The notes: generated by a model from the letters alone, not told the origin. A stretch of 64,000 bases of DNA from Anolis carolinensis (GCF_035594765.1 NC_085845.1:131022897-131086896), one strand, 5' to 3'. Shown: positions 10,531 to 23,083, counted from the first letter of the stretch. Numbers and translations are program-made.

Positions 10531-12417
10531 GCTGAGGGGCAAAAGGAAAGGGCCTGAATGGTGGGAGTTTGGGTGATTTGCAAAAGCTTTTTTTTCCTAA
10601 CGAAAAAAACGACAAAATAAGAAAAAACGGCCTCTCGCGATTCGAAACCGCGATATCCAGACGTGTGGACAATCAAGGCCGTATATTGCTTCAAAACAAA
10701 CAAAAATAACGAATTAATAACGGGTAACGGGGAAATTGAATTATTTGAGCAAGCCTAGTTTGCACACATATGTTTCTATTGGTTTGCATGCATACATGTT
10801 TATGAGTCAACATGCATTGGTGTCTATGGGTGTGTGTGCATGGGTTTCTCTGGATATGTGCACATATGGGAATTACAGTCAGTCATATCTGGAACTGGTG
10901 AAAATTGCAGCCTAGTTAGGTGTTGGGATGATGGGAGTTACACCCCATCCACTTTATGATTTTATGGTCCCATTATGCATTTTCTAATGGGACCATTTAT
11001 ACTATCCAAAACATGACAAGCATTACAAAATAACTAACCTGGACAACCAGTTTTCCTCCAATTTTATCCCCTAGATATGTACAGTTAAAGTTTAAAATAA
11101 CCTTTTATTTTCCATATACAGACTCTATATTTGATTTATTTCATGATTTCATTTATAGAAGTGTTGTGTGACCAATATAGCTATCATACAAAAATTCTCT
11201 GTGATTCACACTTGTGATATGCAAACAAAATAGAATGTTTGCATTTTGAGCCCATAGCTTGGTCTGCACAAAGCATCTTTTTTCTACAAGGAATCTAATT
11301 TCATCCTTTTAGTTCTAAATACGGCAGCCTAAAATGACTGCTCTTTACTAAACACAAGGATGCACTGAGTTTACCTTGTTGTGGCTGGAAGCATTTCTTT
11401 GCATGGACACCACTTATTCTGGAATCTTGACCTGCTGGCTGCCTGACTCCTACTCGTCATTGACTATTGTTTTTTAATAGGGCTCCAAAAAAGAGAGCAA
11501 AAGAGAAACTAGATATTTGCATAAAATATGCTAATACCAATTTACATGAATAAACACAAATTGCAACATATTTTACCACATTGAGGATGACTGCGATGAA
11601 CTGTTTTCCGGCTCTCCCTTTGTATGAATGTATGTATGTATGCACGTACTAAATTTATATTTCTCATTTTGGCTTTTAAAAAAGGTACTGAGCTGGCTTA
11701 CAAGAGCAAAACTAGAAAAAATTAAAACATAAATGTAGATTAGAAATATATTTCAGAAAAATCTTTCAGTGTTCAATTGGGAAATATTTTCACACTTATG
11801 ACACCTTCAAACAGAGGGTGGTTCTTGTAACTTATGCTACAAGGCTCTATTCTTTAAATTGATTGAGTCTGGCATTTTGCTGCACTATATGCTGCCATAT
11901 GAAATTATCTCCTTCCAGAAATGTTTTATTTTCACTTCTATTTTTTCTGAATCACCATGTAGGGTTTTTAATTTTTAGATATTTATAAAATGTTGATTTC
12001 TTCTGCCAACACACTTTTAAAAACATTAATATATATTTGTTTCAAGAACAAATGAACATAACAGAAGGAAAAAAAAATGAAATAATGCACAAACAGGCTC
12101 AGGATGTGGACAAGGCACATGCGATGTTTAACAGAATGTTTCATTAGAATGAGTATCTAGAATGTGTTGGGTGTTATTTGTTAAGATAAGCACATGGTTT
12201 TCTGTGAGCGATCAATTTCATCAAAGACATCCTTCCATAAATCAGTATGTTCTGATGGTGGTCATGGTAGGTTTGATCTAAAGTTAACACAGGACCTCAT
12301 TTCACAAAGGGAGGAAAACAGGAGGTTGCGTCTTCTTCCCATTGCATTCAATGGCAATGTTGCACCCCAAAGCTGCGAGAGCACTCTGAAAACCACACTA
12401 GAGCCAGAATCATAAGC

Positions 12418-12549
12418 NNNNNNNNNNNNNNNNNNNNNNNNNNNNNNNNNNNNNNNNNNNNNNNNNNNNNNNNNNNNNNNNNNNNNNNNNNNNNNNNNNN
12501 NNNNNNNNNNNNNNNNNNNNNNNNNNNNNNNNNNNNNNNNNNNNNNNNN
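12418..12549. other. Assembly gap (132 N)
   Basis: Run of n. Confidence 1.
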
Positions 12550-12810
12550 GTAAAGTGAATAGTCCATAATATAAAGTCCTCAACTGTTCAATAGTTAGTC
12601 CAACAAAGTCAAAGTTGTAATCCACAAAGAACTCGATAGTTCCACCAAGAAATCAAAGTCAGCAAGGAGCAAGAGACTGAAACGGAGATTCTTCTCCCAA
12701 GGATGGCAATGTTGACACCGCAATGAGAACAAGGAAAAAGGCACCTATAAGGAGTTCTCAAGGCTACAAGGCAGTGAGAGTCAGGACACTTACAACTTCA
12801 CATGGGAAAG

Positions 12811-13122
12811 TTACTCATTAGTGCGCTTGAGAGCCAAGCGCCGGCTTCTTCTCACACCCTCCCTTCTACTCCTATCCTCTGCAAAAGATTGTCTTAGATC
12901 AAAAGTCACATCCTCATCTGCAACAACACCATCTGGCAAACCCAACCTTGACTGAACATCAGAATGTTCCCCAATTAGCGGTTTTTCTGAAAGCACAACT
13001 TTGGGCACCTGCAAAGCCATTGGACTTTGATCCAAGTCCTGGAGAGGCCCAAAATCTGAATCAGAATCTAAGTCAAACTTTGTCTCCTGTGGATGGCCAG
13101 ATCCTGACAGCTGAGCTACAAC
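12811..13122 (-). CDS. Open frame in LTR U3 (103 codons, acidic then Arg-rich); probably the C-terminal tail of an internal ORF reading into the LTR
   Basis: Open from LTR nt 2 (VVAQLSG..FDLDSDSDF..RSRREGVRRSRRLALKRTNE*); no initiator ATG at the start. Confidence 0.45.
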   Translation of the reverse strand, partial: VVAQLSGSGHPQETKFDLDSDSDFGPLQDLDQSPMALQVPKVVLSEKPLIGEHSDVQSRLGLPDGVVADEDVTFDLRQSFAEDRSRREGVRRSRRLALKRTNE

Positions 13123-13160
13123 AGGCAATCCGTTTTGAAAGAAGCCAGGGAATTTGATTA

Positions 13161-13470
13161 CAGAAGAGTCTCACTTATCCAACCTTCCCTCATCCAATGT
13201 TCTGTATTATCCAATGCACGGATCCACAGCTGTTTCTCTAGGCAGCAATGTGCAGCGGGGCAACATGCCCAACAGCAACACAAGTGCAGTCACGCTCCCA
13301 AACAAGTGGCAGACTTGTTGTAAAACATGATGTTTTGGTGCTCAATTTGTAAAATCATAACGTAATTTGACATTTAATAGGCTTTTCCTTAATCCCTCCT
13401 TATTATCCAACATTTTCACTTATCCAACGTTCTGCCGGCCCGTTTATGTTGGATAAGTGAGACTCTACTG
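13161..13470. mobile_element. Tc1/mariner-superfamily MITE (CAGTAGAGTCTCACTTATCCAA family)
   Basis: About 23-bp TIRs and TA TSD; related copies at 23599, 42848 and 44216. Confidence 0.9.
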
Positions 13471-13494
13471 TACTTCCATCACACAGGATGCACC

Positions 13495-13762
13495 TCTGTT
13501 TGTTTCTAGTTAAACTATGTGCTGTGGTTTTTATTTTTATGTCTCTCTCACCCCGAGTTTTAACTTAATGTTCATGTAGTCTGCCCTTGTTTTTCATTGT
13601 CTCCTTGTTTTATTTTGTAATGGATATTATTATTTATTGTATTGCTTATTGTATTGTGATGTGCTGTTCTTTTATATGCTGTTTATATTGTATTGTTTTG
13701 GGCATGGCCCCATGTAAGCTGCCCCGAGTCCCCGTTGGGGAGATGGTGGTGGGGTATAAATA

Positions 13763-13806
<44 letters not shown>
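13495..13806 (+). mobile_element. L2 3' UTR and tail with (ATT)n
   Basis: T-rich UTR, GTAAGCTGCCCCGAGTCCCC..GGGGAGATGG..AATAAA then ATT repeats. Confidence 0.85.
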
Positions 13807-13808
<2 letters not shown>

Positions 13809-14887
13809 TCCTCATCACACTGGCTCCTCCTATTCTGTTATCCACAAGTACTCAGGTCACAGGGTTTTTTAAAATTACACAATTGCAAAAGAGCTTTTAA
13901 AACAAGAAATTATCCCCAAAAAAAGGAGAATATAATTATTTACCAGTCCATTTCTGTATCCTAGGAGTAATGGCAGCAGAAGGAGGTTTGAGTGGCACAA
14001 AAAGACCTTCCATGAACTGAAAATAGGCAAATAGACCATTTCCCATCCCACAGAAAAATACCCATTTCTAAGCATTTCTAAGCAGAGAGAGACAAGTGTA
14101 GTCAATTTCAACCCATCTTCCAATTCCACCCATTTCTACGCATTGCAGAGACAGAGTCCCATGGACAATCCATGGAACAGGTTGTGTGTCATTTGATAAT
14201 ATCCATGACATGTCATTTTTGAAGCATGTAGAAATGGAGGGAACCTTTCATGTGAGGAAATCATTAGTCAATAGAATGTGGGTTCTTGTGTCCAGCTGAT
14301 GAGCTGATGTTCGATGAGAGCTTTTCAAATAGCCATGTGTTATAAGTGAATTTTGATTTATAACCACCATCCAGAAGTTTTTGATTTTAGAAAAAATCAT
14401 CCACAGGTAGAGATAGGTGAAAACCTGTTTGTGTCCCCCTCCCAACACAGTAATGAGGTAATTTTAGTTGTTCTTGAGAATTGGATGAAAGGCAAATACC
14501 ACGAGTGAGCTGTTTTTAAGTATTATAAAAACTTCTATCATCTGACTATCTATCTGAAACAACATTTGACATGGTTTCAATTTATTTACTGCTGACATGA
14601 CCATTTATTCTATTTTTTCCATTATTTCAAAAATATTCTAGGTATTGGTGCATTTTATTATCTTATGAAAAAAACTAAATGCCAGTGAAAACTAAATATC
14701 AGAAATTATTATTATCATCATCTGCACTAAATAGGCAGTTGGAATCAATGGTCCATGGGACCTCTTCGAACTCTATGACTCTTTGATTCTAAAATATTTC
14801 GATTCACCAACACCAAAACCACTATGATCACCATCAAAGAATAAACAGAAAAAAGTTTTTGTTGTGAGTCCAATATATCCCTCAGTA

Positions 14888-15216
14888 CAGTATGACCTGT
14901 ATATCCATTTGGGGAGGAGTTCCTGAGTTACTGTGGAAACAGAAGATTATGGGTAATAGCAATATTTACTAAAATGAATGAATTCTGCCAGAGGTTACGA
15001 TAGAATCATTTTGGAGGACCTAAAGATTCCTAAAGAGATATTCTATATAGGAATTTTCAGGATATTCCAGGAATATTCTTTGGTAATCTCTGGTGGAAAC
15101 CTACCATGGAATTTTCTTGAAGACAGGAAATTCCTAAAAATGACATTTTTAGATTATGCTGGCAAGTGAAACCACGGGTACTGGTCCCATGGGTATGGGG
15201 GGGGGGGGTCATTATG
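14888..15216. mobile_element. Degraded Tigger/pogo-like MITE
   Basis: TA-flanked degenerate inverted ends CAGTATGACC and GGTCATTATG. Confidence 0.4.
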
Positions 15217-16465
15217 TATTGTCACTATTTCTTCTTTTAAATAATAATAATAAATCAGGAAGAAATCTATGTGTCCATGAAGATGTAGCAACACACACAA
15301 GGAAAGGTGAAGTACAAAGAGTAGTAGTGCAAATATATGCAGAGGGGAAACTGCTGAGACCTATGTTTCAAGGGACATAGCTCTTGTCCTCATCTTTCTA
15401 GATCTGAAATCCAACAAGTATAAACAACAAATAATTTGTTCTTTCCAATTCAGCTTCTTGTCTACTGCATCAAAGCAACCTCTACCTGTCCTTAAAGTGC
15501 TACACACATTTGGTTATGTTAGGTGGTGTGTTGTCTTTCTACCTCATTCCATCTACTAGGTGATTATGATATTTTTATCTCTATATTATCAGTATTGCTT
15601 ATCATTTTTTATTCCACTCTGTTTGTTGTTCGAACTATGTGAGATAGTCCTGACCTTTTGAAAAGCTTTAACAATTAAAGGTCACTGCTTTGGCAATTCA
15701 TGCTTTAATTGGTTTTTTTTTTCTTCCTTTACCCATGTTTATTTTCCTCTTCTGTTCTTACAACTTTTCAGGCTTGAGTACATGAAGTAGGTGCACACTG
15801 TGCAGGCATTCTTCAAGACCTTCAATGACACAAGCATAATTCATCTGAACATCTCGGGCCAATGAGTGTGAGCATACTGTGCCTTAAATGTTCCATAGTC
15901 TAGTGTCATCTTGTACTTTGCCATACTTAAACATTAGACACATTGTCATTGCTTATGCATCCATGGTAAAGTCATTGAGAGTTAACAAGTGAGACGCTGC
16001 CTGACAGAAGTAATTTCAGAACCACTTATAATAATCTTAGAGAATTTCTGGGGAACAAGAGACGTTTCAGCATACTGGAAAAAGGCAAATGTCCCATCTT
16101 TAAAAAGGTGAAAAATGAGGACCCGCACTATTACTGTCCAGTAAGTCTGACATCAATATCAGGAAAGATTCTGGAGCAGATTATTAAGCAGACAATCCAT
16201 GAGCACTTAGAAAAGAATGTCATACTTACAAAAAATCAACTTGGTTTCCTCAAAAGCAAATCATGCCAGACAAACCTTATCTCTCTTTTTAAATAGAATT
16301 ACAAGCTTAGTAGACAAAGAGAATTTCTCAATTCAGTGAGGCTTTTGAGAAGGCTCCTCATGACATTCTCACAAAGAAGCCAACAGAAATTTTGGCTAGG
16401 CAATGCTACTGTTGGGTGGATTGGGAACTGGTTGACTGGCCGAACCCAAAGGTTGCTTACCAATG

Positions 16466-16611
16466 ATGTTTTATTGTTGAGTAATTTGGTTTATTGTTTT
16501 GCTTTTGCTTTTATATTGTTGTGTCTGGGCAAGGCCCCATGTAAGCCGCCCCGAGTCTCTTTGGGGAGATGGGGCGGGGTATAAGAATAAAGTTATTATT
16601 ATAAGTTATTA
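16466..16611 (+). mobile_element. L2 3' tail inserted in CR1
   Basis: L2 terminal stem and AATAAA; flanking TTACCAATG and TTACCAGTG duplication. Confidence 0.85.
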
Positions 16612-17320
16612 TTACCAGTGGCTCCTCTTCATCCTGAAGACAAGTGGTATTTGAGGTGCCACAGGGTTCTGTCCTGGGCCCAGTGCTAATCAACATCTTT
16701 ATCAATGACTTGGACAACAGAATAGAAGGCTTACTTGTCAATTTTGCACCAGATTGAGAAGGATAGCTAATACCTCAGAGGACAGGATCAGAATCCAAAA
16801 TGACTTTAATAGATTAGACAGCTGGGTGAAGCTTACAAAATGAATTTCAACAGGGTGATATGTACAATACTGCATTTAGGTGATAAAATAGAATGCAAAT
16901 AAAATGGGTGGGTGACACTTGGCTAGAAAACAGTACATGCAAAAGGGATCTAGTAGTGTTAATAGATCATAATCTGATGAGTCAGCAGTGTAATGTGGCT
17001 GCCAAAAAAAAAACCAATGCTATTCTAGATTGCATCCATAGGTGTATAGTGTCTGGATTGAGGGAAGTCACAGTCTCACTTTATTCTACGTTGGCTAGAC
17101 CTCACCTGGAATACTATGTCGAGTTCTAGGAACCAAGAGGATATTGACAAATTAAAAGGTGTCCAGAGAAAGGCAACCAAAATGATCAAAGGTTTGGAAA
17201 TCAAACTTTGCTTGGAGGAAAGAAGGTGGAGAGGGGACATGATAACAATATTTAAATATTTGAAAGGATAACATATTGAGGAGGGGGCAAGCCTGTTTTC
17301 TGATGCTCTGGAGACTAGAA

Positions 17321-17405
17321 CAGGGGACCCCAAACTTTTTAAACAGGGGGCCTGTTCACAATCCTTCGGACCATTGGAGGGCCGGACTATAGTTGGCCAC
17401 CAAGC

Positions 17406-17444
<39 letters not shown>

Positions 17445-17718
17445 AAGAATAATAAAGAGGGTTGGAAGAGACTCTTTGGGCCATTGAGTCCAACCTCCTT
17501 CTGCCTTTGTGCACCAAAAGCACAAGCAAAGCACCCCTGACAGATGGCCTCCCAGCCTTAATAATAATAATAATAACAACAACAATAACAACAACAGTAA
17601 TAAAGAGGGTTGGAAGAGACCCCTTGGGCCATTTAGTCCAACCCTCTTCTGCCTTTGTGCATCAGAAGCACAAGCAAAGCACCCCTTGACAGATGGCATC
17701 CCAGCCTCAATGTTAATG

Positions 17719-17769
<51 letters not shown>

Positions 17770-17890
17770 GAGAAGAGGAGAACCCTTGGGTCATTTAGCC
17801 CAACCCCCTTCTGCCTTTGTGCCGTGTGGGCCGGATAAATGGCTTCAATGGGCCGCATGTGGCCCCCGGGCCTTAGTTTGGGGACCCCTG
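17321..17890. mobile_element. Non-autonomous hAT (Buster/Charlie-type) nested in CR1
   Basis: TIRs CAGGGGACCCCAAAC and GTTTGGGGACCCCTG; perfect TSD GACTAGAA. Confidence 0.95.
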
Positions 17891-19626
17891 GACTAGAAAA
17901 TGGAGCAATGGACATGGAGCAATGGATTATTGCTGGAAGTAAGATTACACCTAAACATTAAAAAACCCCCACTTCCTTACAGTAAGAGCTGTTTTGGCAG
18001 TGGACTATGCTGATTCAGAGTGTGCTGGAGTCTTTAGAGGCTTTTAAGCAGATACTGGATGACCATCTGTCACATGTGCTTTGATAAAATGTTCCTGAAC
18101 AGCAGGAGGTTGGACTGGATTGTCCTTGTGGGCTCTTCCAATGGTATGATTTTCTTATTCTAATATGTTTGTAATCATGGTATAGCACAGAGAGGTATGG
18201 AGAAAGCCCAAAGATCACTAATGAACCATTGGTCAGTTTCTGGTGGATCATCTAACACAGACTCCTCCAGATATTTTGGACTTCCTTGGAGCTCAACTGA
18301 GCACAACCAGTGGCAAAGGACTATGGGAACTTTAATCAGAAGCATTTCCACACCCAGAGTTCCAAAACCCCGATCCAATGATGGGGAGGGGGCTATCATG
18401 ATTGTATATTATTTCTTCCAAGAAATAACAGTCAACGTAACTATTAATCTGAAACACTGGAATAGTATTCCGTTATTTAGCAAGATCAAGCTCACTTAAT
18501 ACAGAATTGTAATGCTCCATATAGATTCTGAGTTAGAAACTGTGAATTGAAGATGTTACAGTTCAAAGAACACAAAGACAAAGAGGGCTATGAGGGGAAA
18601 CCACTTACATCAGTAAAGTGCATCTGAATCAACCCCCCAAACATAGATTCTAACAAGATTCTTCATTTTACTATTTGAAAGCAGGACCTGGAGTTAACAA
18701 ACACTGGATATGAAGGAATCCAATCAGTATTCACCATTGTTGATAATCTCAATAAAAATAACACTATGGATGAAACAAAGCTCAGTAAAGTGGGTAGAAC
18801 CAAACATTCCTCATTGTTCATCCATGATGTGAAGATCGGGTCTATTGCATTATCTTTGAACTATACCTGTTTCATATCATGGGTCCAATATTGTCTGTTC
18901 TGATTATAAATGGCTTTGATCTGATCCAGACCTGCTAAGACCATTGAATTGGAGATTTTCTGATTCAAACAATGTTTTGCATACATATTCTTATTAGACG
19001 CTTGAATTATTAGAGTGATCTTGAAATTTAAGTAAGTCATACTTTTTTTAAAAAAAACACTTTTGTTTTGCTTCCCACATTCCTGGAGATTTTCTAAATG
19101 AGAAATAAATCTTAATGATACTGGCCCTGTTGTTCTAGCTGGTTTAAAAGACTTCATTTTTTTTCAAGTGGGTCATGACTGTAATGCTTCTGAGGAAAAT
19201 AATGCCCTGTTCCTTCACTGCTTTTGAATGTCTTGCTTTCTATTTATGCTTAGAAGAAAGAGACTCCAACTGTGCTTTCACGAATGTAGCAATTCATCTC
19301 CTGGACCGTTATCAGGAGCCAAGTTCTTATAGCTCTCATGAACAGCATATGCGCTATTAACTGGTGGGAAAAAATGGAAGCACTTTCTTTGCATTCCAAC
19401 AATATTATTTATGGCAGCTTTTCAGTTATGTCATACCACAGGAGCCTACAGCTTCATAAACATGGCAATTTTGAAGACCAGTAATAATACCTATGGGTGT
19501 ACTGATATATAGTGATTTCATGTCAGATAGGAAAAATAACCTTGGATTTTTAATTCATATATTTCAGGGACATGCAACCTAAAGTCTAAATTGTCATTGG
19601 GTGTTCATGAGTCCTCATTTTAACTA

Positions 19627-20222
19627 CTGTATATACTCGAGTATAAGCCTAGTTTTTCAGCCCTGTTTTAGCACTGAAAAAGCCCCCCCTTGGCTTATAC
19701 TCGGGTGAGGGTCCTGGTTAGCTTATATTCATGTTGGCTTATACTCGAGTATATATGGTACATTTATTATTATTTGGTATTATTACATTTATTATTTTAC
19801 TCTATTTTTATTACTATTAATACATTTATTATTTCACTCTGATATTATTATAATTGTTATTACATTTATCATTTTACTCTATTATTGCATTTATTATTTG
19901 ACTGTATTTGTTCATCTTATTACATTTATTATTTTACTCTATTATTATTAAAAGGATACATAAGCACATTTACATTGAAGAAGATGAGAATGATGATTTA
20001 ATCAAAGTTAGAAAGCCTTATCTTAAATTACAGTTTTATGTAAATATTCAAAAACATTTCACCTTCTGATGCCTCAATTAGTGTAATTTTATTGGTATCT
20101 ATTTTTAGTTCTGAAATTTACCACTTTCGGCTTATGCTGGAGTCAATGTTTTCCCAGTTTTTTGTGGTAAAATTAGATGCCTCGGCTTATATTCGGGTCG
20201 GCTTATACTCGAGTATATACGG
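19627..20222. mobile_element. Tc1/mariner-superfamily (Tc2/pogo-like) non-autonomous element
   Basis: TIRs CTGTATATACTCGAGTATAAGCC and GGCTTATACTCGAGTATATACGG; TA TSD. Confidence 0.9.
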
Positions 20223-21857
20223 TAGTTTTTTTTCCTCTTAGGGATCCTGTACCTTTAACAGCAGATGATGCAGATATTCATCAATTGCAAATCCATGTAA
20301 TGGAAATTCAAAATGTTTTGGACATTACTTGATATATCTAATCTGATATATAAATTTCTTATATGAAGTGTCCATGTATGTATATGTAACCAGACTTTAA
20401 ATCTTTCTTTCCTATCCACCTTTTTATTCATTAGAATACACTTTTCCATTTGACATTGTGTTCTCTTTTTTCACTTTGCTTTACCCTATATCTAAATGCC
20501 ACCTCCATACAACCTGAAGTAGGTATTTGATACCTAGAAAGCTTGGAGACCTGTTTGATGGAGAAATCTCAACTGATGGCAGTGAAAAAAAGCCAGAAGA
20601 AAAGTCCAAATACGAATATGGGCACATTATTTAGCCTATATTCCCTACCACTCACTAAATATTCTAGATCATTGCTAGTCTATGACATATAGTCACTAAA
20701 GAAAATGATCTAAGAACTTCACGATCTTTCTTGCAGTTCTAGTACTCATTAAGAATGGATTATGACATTTACTAAACACATCAATGTTTTCATAATAACA
20801 ATATATCTTTTTTAATATAACTACCACATAGTTCCTTTTTTCTGTGATATTTCTTCTATCACCCATTCCCCTGAAGTCTGGGAAAGTGTGAAGTTGTTTC
20901 CCCTCCCTAAGCATTGTTGACCATATGCTGCTGTCAATTAATCAAATGAGGGCTGATTCCCTACCCTACAAAGAGACGTAGTTTAATTATTCTTCAACTA
21001 GCCACATATGGATACAATGCAATCTCCACCAAGGACACCTACATTTATCTAAATTGGATACAAAAGTGACAGTGATAGATGATAGCGTTGAGTTCAAGCT
21101 GATCAACCACAGGCCTCCCATATAACAATAAATACAAGTTGTGCACTAATAGGGATAAAGCATTCAATTAAGCAAGTTGGCGGGAAAGCTGTTGCATTTG
21201 AGGCATGTCCAATACAATAATGAGCAACATCATTTTGAGCAGATCCACTTGTGCCCTCATCCCACAAAGGTAAAGCACCATTTCTGAAATGTACTATTTC
21301 ATGTGGTAGATAAGGCCATGGTTCTTAGATTTTAGTGCTCCATATATTTTGAATGCCTGCTCCAGAATCTCTGAACATCATCCAAGCTGGTTTTCTCTTC
21401 TGTAATCGAAAGCCCCAAACACTCAGATAACCAAAATTTGGCAACCAGGAAGTAAACATGTACATGTGCCTCCAAGTCACCTTATAGTGGATTCATGAAT
21501 TTCATAGGGGTTTCTTAGGAAGAAAATACTCAAACGTAGCCTATCATGTGATGATCCATATTCCAAATACTAATCAGACATGAGCCAACCAAAAACCTTC
21601 CAGATAGGATTGCATGCCTTTGGGGTACTTTCTTTATAAAAGAAAAAAAAAGCCTTGTTGATAGAAATCCAGTGAGTAAGAAGAGTTATATCATTTGATA
21701 CTGCAGTGTAGATGGGTCTTAGTGCTCATAGTTCTAAATTATTCTATTGAGTCAAACATATATTTATTGCGCAAACATACCTCCAAAGTTATGTCATTAA
21801 AAAACTGGACCCCAAATTATAAAATATATGAATTATGGCTCCATTAAGTCATATAGC

Positions 21858-22195
21858 GAGCCCCTGGTGGTGGCGCAGTGTGTTAAAGCGCTGAGCTGCT
21901 GAACTTGCAGACCGAAAGGTCCCAGGTTCAAATCCCGGGAGTGGAATGAGCGCCTGCTGTTAGCCCCAGCTCCTGCCAACCTAGCAGTTTGAAAACATGC
22001 AAATGTGAGTAGATCAATAGGTACCGCTCCGGCGGGAAGGTAACGGCGCTCCATGCAGTCATGCTGGCCACATGACCTTGGAGGTGTCTACGGACAACGC
22101 CGGCTCTTCGGCTTAGAAATGGAGATGAGCACCAACCCCCAGAGTCGGACATGTCTGGACTTATCGTCAGGGGAAACCTTTACCTTTACCTACCC
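21858..22195 (+). mobile_element. Sauria SINE, full length
   Basis: tRNA head and ACCTTT tail; perfect 13-bp TSD TAAGTCATATAGC. Confidence 0.97.
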
Positions 22196-22362
22196 TAAGT
22201 CATATAGCAAGTTTGCCTTTTCCTTTGTCCTGTAGTAACCCTTCATGAAATGCTTTGGAATGTTGCTTAACACACCCTAGACTCCAGGAAACAATTCCTC
22301 AAATTACCATAATCCTTTCACAAACAACTAGACAACTAGAGAGACTTGAGGAGGGGGGCTTA

Positions 22363-22940
22363 TGTCAGAGCTATGGCCTTTTTTCCTGTTTTTCCTAATA
22401 TGACCTGGGAATGTTTCCTCTTCCATGTCCCAAGCCAGACCCATCCTTGTGACACCCATTGATATAGCCATAACCCTAAAGCACCAGTTGTTTCTCTGGA
22501 CTAACACTTTTGTCTCTACCAGAGCCAGGACATTAAGCCTGTTATCAATTGCCACACTATGTTCCTTTCCCATTGTGCCCTTCTCAGGGGCAGATCAATA
22601 AATGGACAGACTCTTCAAAATAAACTAATGACATTTTATTAAAGTTTCCTGCCAAAGCAAGAACCACCAGCAATGATGTAGGACAGAGCCCTGGATCACT
22701 TGGAGCAGATCCTAGCTGGACAGTTTCTGAGCCAATCGGAAACCAGCACAATAGACTTGAATAGCTGTCAAAATGTAATAAATATGCTGTTTTTACAATT
22801 GCAGTATATCAGATATTTGGAGTGCTTTCTCTGTTTTCATCCTCTCTGCCATTGTGAATAAACGACTGATTTTTCCTTCAACCCATCTTTGTCTCATTTA
22901 GTTTTTGGGAAGCTAGACATGCTGGTCCCCCAAACCTACA
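22363..22940 (+). mobile_element. Probable ERV-like 3' LTR preceded by a polypurine tract
   Basis: GAGGAGGGGGG immediately upstream of TGT; then CCAAT (22732), an AT-rich TATA-like box (~22777), AATAAA (22857) and an ACA end; no TSD. Confidence 0.55.
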
Positions 22941-23083
22941 AGTACTGTAGCTGCTGAAATCACACAACAGTTAAAACTCTAGGAAATCCCTTGATAACGG
23001 CAGGGGGTTCCTTTTTTCTTGATGCACCATCTAACTTATCATGCAAATTCCTTTATCTCTTGTCCTTGAAGGACACATTAGAG

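Larger units (their letters stand above)
9126..10757. mobile_element. Composite non-autonomous hAT element (Ac-family target signature)
   Basis: Imperfect TIRs TAGGCTTGATC and GAGCAAGCCTA; perfect 8-bp TSD GTTTGCAC (9118-9125, 10758-10765) fitting nTnnnnAn. Confidence 0.9.
8984..10863. repeat. 24-bp degenerate minisatellite (10 units) split by the hAT insertion
   Basis: Units resembling ATAGGTGTCTATGGGTGTGTGTGC at 8984-9125 and 10766-10863; phase is exact after removing the element and one TSD copy. Confidence 0.75.
12358..13123 (-). mobile_element. LTR (Gypsy-like retrotransposon), apparently solo, containing the assembly gap
   Basis: TGTTG...CAACA termini; perfect 5-bp TSD GGCAA (12353-12357, 13124-13128). 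Confidence 0.85.
16000..18155 (+). mobile_element. Degraded CR1 LINE (RT to 3' end) with two nested insertions
   Basis: WKKANV.IFKK..EDP.YY.PVSLTSISGKILEQIIK, KSCQTNLIS, VPQGSVLGP and RPHLEYYV motifs, with stops and frameshifts. Confidence 0.92.

Noticed and set aside
10064-10703. Overlapping 124-202 aa ORFs
   Set aside because: They run across Penelope, GC-rich and hAT-end junctions; their length is explained by stop-poor GC-rich low-complexity sequence
17076-17915. 279-aa ORF with poly-I/L/V runs
   Set aside because: Microsatellite and antisense CR1 artefact spanning an insertion boundary
21858-21945. tRNA-like sequence with A/B boxes
   Set aside because: Head of a Sauria SINE, not a tRNA gene; the same applies to other copies
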